Translations under genes and position numbers: made by a program | Assembly (NCBI GenBank): GCA_028713795.1 | Contig: JAQTNP010000001.1 | Location: forward strand, 1 to 28,440 | Reading direction: 5' to 3' | DNA: 28,440 nt | Source of the DNA: Minisyncoccota bacterium | GTDB taxonomy: Bacteria; Patescibacteriota; Minisyncoccia; Minisyncoccales; PEYH01 | Notes under the pieces: model-generated | The model's input: only the letters and a program-made list of their open reading frames with translations | Told to the model about the DNA's origin: nothing | Databases searched by the model: none | Shown here: positions 24,870 through 28,440 of the stretch, one piece after another | How positions within the stretch are numbered: position 1 is the first letter of the stretch | How the letters are laid out: every line of letters begins with the position of its first letter

Positions 24870-25661
24870 TTATCTTTTTCTTGGTCTTCCTTTAATGATA
24901 AATTTATTGGTATATTTTCTCTTTCTTGTTTTTACGCCTAAGGCTGGTTTTCCCCATCTTGTCTTTGGCCCGGAGAAACCAATACCAGTTCTCCCTTCTC
25001 CGCCTCCATGCGGATGGTCAGATGTATTCATTGCCAATCCTCTAACTCTTGGCCTTCTTCTTTTTAATCTTGGGCTTCCTGCTTTTCCAATTATTGTAAA
25101 TCTGTGTTCTGGATGAGATACAGCCCCTATTGTTGCAAAGCATTGGGCATTAATCTTTCTTACTTCTTTTGAAGGCATCTGTAAATGAACATATTTGTCT
25201 TCAAGGGTAAGTATTCTCGCAGAGCTTCCAGCAGACCTTATCAGTTTCCCCGAGCTAGCCGGTTCCATCTCTACATTGTGCACTTCTGTTCCAACAGGAA
25301 TATTCTTAACCCTCATCCTGTTTCCCGGCCTTATCTCTGCTGATTCGGCAGTAATAATGGTATCTCCAATTTTAACATTATCTGGTGCCAATATGTATGC
25401 TTTTGTCTTGTCAGTATAATTAATCAAGGCAAGATATGCAGTCCTATTTGGATCATATTCTAGGGCAACAATTTTTCCAGGAATATTCAATTTCTCCTGT
25501 CCAAAATTGATAATGCGATAATTTCTTTTCACTCCGCCTCCTCTGTGTCTGACAGTAATTTTGCCAGAATTATTCCTTCCAGCCCTTTCCCTAATAGAAA
25601 CTAAAAGACTCCTTTCTGGTTTCTTTTTGGTTAATATTTTTTTAATCTTTTTCTTTTTCAT
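24870..25661 (-). CDS. rplB: 50S ribosomal protein L2
   Basis: [36 protein letters not shown]. Start moved to ATG 25661. Confidence 0.97.
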   Translation of the reverse strand: MKKKKIKKILTKKKPERSLLVSIRERAGRNNSGKITVRHRGGGVKRNYRIINFGQEKLNIPGKIVALEYDPNRTAYLALINYTDKTKAYILAPDNVKIGDTIITAESAEIRPGNRMRVKNIPVGTEVHNVEMEPASSGKLIRSAGSSARILTLEDKYVHLQMPSKEVRKINAQCFATIGAVSHPEHRFTIIGKAGSPRLKRRRPRVRGLAMNTSDHPHGGGEGRTGIGFSGPKTRWGKPALGVKTRKRKYTNKFIIKGRPRKR

Positions 25662-25662
25662 G

Positions 25663-26058
25663 TTATCTTGGCAGAATCTCAATCTTCTGGCCTGCCTTTA
25701 ATGACACAATGGCTTTTTTGTATCCTGATTTTTGTCCTTTAATTCTTCCTTTTCTCCTTTCTTTTGGCCTGACATTAATGATATTTACGTTGGTAACATT
25801 TACCCTGTATATCTCTTCAATTGATTTCTTTATCTCATTCTTGTTGGAATTATCAAAAACTTTAAATACAAACTGATTCTTTCCTTCCAAAAATCCTGCT
25901 TTTTCTGTAATGTGTGGAGATTTTACAGATCTCCAACCCTGTTTGATAAAGTCAGATTTAATCGGTTTTAATTTTTTCTCTTCAACCTTAACAACAGGTT
26001 TTTCCTTTACAACCTCTTTCTCTGCTTTCTTTTCAGTTTTTCTAAACAATGCGCTCAT
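25663..26058 (-). CDS. rplW: 50S ribosomal protein L23 with N-terminal extension
   Basis: P.ITEKA, NK.EIK..IE.IY.V.V..VN, KKAIV.LK.G..I. Confidence 0.95.
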   Translation of the reverse strand: MSALFRKTEKKAEKEVVKEKPVVKVEEKKLKPIKSDFIKQGWRSVKSPHITEKAGFLEGKNQFVFKVFDNSNKNEIKKSIEEIYRVNVTNVNIINVRPKERRKGRIKGQKSGYKKAIVSLKAGQKIEILPR

Positions 26059-26696
26059 TTTTTAATAATTAACTTTTCTAATTCTTTAATGCTTTCTTTT
26101 AAAAATACCAAATTAGTATATTTCACCACATCAGCGGCATTTAAATCTTTTGCTGTTAAAACATCTATCTTTTTAATATTTCTAAATGCTAATTTAATTG
26201 ATTTGTCATTTGAAGGCATTACTATTAACGTGCTTCCCGTTTTTTTTGCCGCCTTCAATATTGTATTAATAGCTTTAGAGGCCTCTTTTGTTTTTCCGTC
26301 TTTAATTTCTAATTTATCTAAAATCAATACTTCGTTATCCTTTAGTTTGCCTGATAAGACAGCAAATAATGCTGCTTTCTTAATTTTTGGAGAAAGATTC
26401 TTTTTGTAATTCTTGTCATTTCTCGGTCCAAATGTGACTCCTCCGTGCCTCCACAAAGGAGACCTATTAGAACCATGCCTGGCTCTTCCTGTTCCTTTCT
26501 GCTTCCAGGGCTTCCTTCCTCCCCCGCTTACTTCAGATCTGTCCTTTGTATGAGCAATATTCTGCCTTTTATTAGATAAAATTCCGTAAACAACCTGCCT
26601 TATCAAATCAACATTAACATCCCTTCCAAATATTTCTTTTGGCATTTGAGTCTTTGCAGTTTCTTTTCCCTCTGAATTGTATGTATCTGCTAACAT
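26055..26696 (-). CDS. rplD: 50S ribosomal protein L4
   Basis: TKDRSEVSGGGRKPWKQKGTGRARHGS.RSP.WR.GG..FGP. Confidence 0.98.
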   Translation of the reverse strand: MLADTYNSEGKETAKTQMPKEIFGRDVNVDLIRQVVYGILSNKRQNIAHTKDRSEVSGGGRKPWKQKGTGRARHGSNRSPLWRHGGVTFGPRNDKNYKKNLSPKIKKAALFAVLSGKLKDNEVLILDKLEIKDGKTKEASKAINTILKAAKKTGSTLIVMPSNDKSIKLAFRNIKKIDVLTAKDLNAADVVKYTNLVFLKESIKELEKLIIKK

Positions 26697-26697
26697 A

Positions 26698-27282
26698 TTA
26701 TTTCTTAATCTCTAAGAGTATCCCTTTTCTGCCAGGAATCGCTCCTTTGATTGCAATTATATTTTTTTCATTATCCAATTCAACAATCCTTGCTGTCTTT
26801 ACAGTGCATTGCCCTCCCCCCATCCTTCCAGGCATTTTCTTTCCCTTGATTACGTGAGAAGGAAATGATGCTCCAACAGAACCAATTGTTCTTTCTTCAT
26901 GCTTGGCTCCGTGACTTTTCTTTCTTCCATGAAATCCCCATCTTTTTACTCCCCCTTGAAATCCTTTTCCTTTTGCTTTTCCCGTAACTTTTACAATATC
27001 TCCCAAAGCAAAGGAAGAAATATTTATTTCATCTCCGACCTTGGATTCTAAAGTAATATTCTTAAACTCTCTTAAATATCTGTATGGCTTATCCTGCAAT
27101 GGTTTTTTAATGTTCTTTGTTTTTTTCTCAAAGCCAATCTGAACTGCATCATATCCATCTTTTTCTTTTGTCTTCACCTGCGTTATAAAGCATGGACCAG
27201 CTTCAATTAGGGTTACAGGAGTAATCCTGTCCTCTTTCCAGATCTGCGTCATTCCTATTTTTTTTCCTAATATGATTGGCAT
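26698..27282 (-). CDS. rplC: 50S ribosomal protein L3
   Basis: GKKIGMTQ, DGYDAVQIG, KGKGFQG..KRW, GKKMPGRMG. Start moved from TTG 27291 to ATG 27282. Confidence 0.97.
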   Translation of the reverse strand: MPIILGKKIGMTQIWKEDRITPVTLIEAGPCFITQVKTKEKDGYDAVQIGFEKKTKNIKKPLQDKPYRYLREFKNITLESKVGDEINISSFALGDIVKVTGKAKGKGFQGGVKRWGFHGRKKSHGAKHEERTIGSVGASFPSHVIKGKKMPGRMGGGQCTVKTARIVELDNEKNIIAIKGAIPGRKGILLEIKK

Positions 27283-27290
27283 TTTTTTCA

Positions 27291-27323
27291 AGCAAACACC
27301 GGGATTTCCAGCCCGGTATTGCT
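27291..27323 (-). promoter_or_regulatory. Stable hairpin in the rpsJ-rplC spacer
   Basis: Minus strand AGCAA-TACCGGG-CTGGAAAT-CCCGGTG-T-TTGCT (12 bp), 8 nt upstream of the rplC ATG; no U-tract. Confidence 0.5.
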
Positions 27324-27377
27324 AACATCTAACAATAAAGCTGGCTGTTTTCTATTAATTATCTTGGCATAAGTTAA

Positions 27378-27716
27378 TTACATTTTTATCTGCACGTCTA
27401 CCCCGCTAGACAATGTCAAATTGGTAAGCGCCTCTATCAGTTTTTGGTTGGGATTCAATATATCTATCAGTCTTTTATGAACCCTTACCTCAAACTGTTC
27501 TCTAGCGTCTTTATGAACAAAGCTTGAGCGATTCACGGTATAACGATGGATTTCTGTTGGTAAAGGAACTGGTCCTGATACTTCTGCTCCATGTCTTAAT
27601 ACCGTATCTATTATCTGTTTTGAGCTTTTATCCAGCACTTTGAAATCGTAAGCTCTAAGCTTTATCCTTATCCTTGGCTTTACAGCTTCTGTTTCTTTCT
27701 TTTTTGACACTGCCAT
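27378..27716 (-). CDS. rpsJ: 30S ribosomal protein S10
   Basis: IRIKLRAYD, GPVPLPT, SSFVHKDAREQFE.R.HKRLIDI. Confidence 0.98.
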   Translation of the reverse strand: MAVSKKKETEAVKPRIRIKLRAYDFKVLDKSSKQIIDTVLRHGAEVSGPVPLPTEIHRYTVNRSSFVHKDAREQFEVRVHKRLIDILNPNQKLIEALTNLTLSSGVDVQIKM

Positions 27717-27732
27717 TTTATTAAGTTAAAAC

Positions 27733-27751
27733 AAGGCAAATTTATTGCCTT
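27733..27751 (-). terminator. Possible weak terminator/hairpin after tuf
   Basis: AAGGCAA-N5-TTGCCTT, followed on the minus strand by GTTTT. Confidence 0.35.
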
Positions 27752-28440
27752 ATTTTAATATCTTTGTAATGACTCCTGAAGCAACTGTTTTGCCTCCTTC
27801 TCTGATGGCGAACCTTTGTTTCTCTTCTATAGCCATTGGAACAATCAATTTCATTGTTAAGCTGATAGTATCTCCTGGCATGACCATTTCTGTCCCAGCT
27901 GGCAAAATCACATCTCCTGTAATATCTGCTGTTCTGATAAAGAATTGCGGCTTATACCCAGAAAAGAATGGGGTATGTCTTCCGCCTTCTTCTTTTGTCA
28001 AAATATATGTTTCAGCTTCAAATTCGGTATGAGGGGTAATGCTTCCTGATTTAGCCAAGACCTGGCCTCTTTCTACATCTTCTTTTTTAAAGCCTCTTAA
28101 CAATACTCCGACATTATCTCCTGCCATTGCCTGATCAAGAATCTTATTAAACATTTCAAGACTGACAGCTGTTGTCTTGACTGTTGGCTTTATACCAACA
28201 ACCTCAACCTCTTCTCCGGCTTTTAAAGCCCCTCTTTCAATTCTGCCGGTAGCAACTGTTCCTCTTCCTTCAATTGAGAAAACATCTTCAACAGCCATTA
28301 AGAATGGCTTGTCTGTCTCTCTTTCTGGAGAAGGAATATATTCATCTAAGGCCTTTACCAATTCCATGATTGGCTTGGTTGCCTCATCGTCTTTTGATTT
28401 TGTATCCAATGCCTTTAAGGCAGATCCTCTGATAATGGAA
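27750..28440 (-). CDS. tuf: Elongation factor Tu, 5' part outside the window
   Basis: [10 protein letters not shown]...[20 protein letters not shown]...GGRHTPF..GY.PQFF.RTAD.TG...[10 protein letters not shown]. The frame stays open to the window edge, so the track start at 28409 is internal. Confidence 0.98.
   Translation of the reverse strand, partial: SIIRGSALKALDTKSKDDEATKPIMELVKALDEYIPSPERETDKPFLMAVEDVFSIEGRGTVATGRIERGALKAGEEVEVVGIKPTVKTTAVSLEMFNKILDQAMAGDNVGVLLRGFKKEDVERGQVLAKSGSITPHTEFEAETYILTKEEGGRHTPFFSGYKPQFFIRTADITGDVILPAGTEMVMPGDTISLTMKLIVPMAIEEKQRFAIREGGKTVASGVITKILK

Noticed and set aside
64-28032. Numerous plus-strand ORFs in the track (e.g. 4943-5494, 6487-7044, 8391-8918, 22516-23187)
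   Set aside because: Antisense shadows of well-supported minus-strand genes; no recognisable motifs or RBS.
5775-28409. ORF-track starts for murA, NUDIX, rpsK, baseplate-J-like, rplE, rplX, rplB, rplC and tuf
   Set aside because: They extend into upstream genes or promoters, or are internal (tuf). Downstream ATGs fit family N-termini or coupling better.
1-28440. CRISPR, TIGR-like or other tandem repeat arrays; rRNA/tRNA; IS elements
   Set aside because: No periodic repeats, cloverleafs, rRNA signatures or transposase ORFs seen by eye.

Overview
AT-rich bacterial chromosome segment with every confidently called gene on the minus strand. It carries the end of tuf, the S10-spc r-protein cluster to secY-adk-map, then an interruption (orphan 4-TM gene, short alaS, membrane-anchored baseplate-J-like gene), then infA-rpmJ-rpsM-rpsK-rpsD-rpoA-rplQ-rplM-rpsI. 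A small accessory patch follows (structured non-coding region, Xis-like HTH, NUDIX), then murA-mreB(mbl-like)-holB-frr-rseP-proS-mreB (partial). Several features point to Patescibacteria/CPR, most likely Parcubacteria (inference, no database search): no rpmD (L30), short AlaRS and ProRS, a stand-alone baseplate-J-like protein, SD-less tightly coupled genes and TGA used as stop. The best candidate for an undescribed system is at 7085-8257. A ~205-nt GC-rich element of five abutting helices has its own sigma70-like promoter and lies directly upstream of a stand-alone excisionase-type HTH gene. It is next to one of two GC-rich, self-contained promoter-SD-ORF-terminator cassettes; the other is at 15433-15977. 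No rRNA, tRNA, CRISPR array, integrase or transposase was seen. All structures and motifs were read by eye; nothing was computed or searched.
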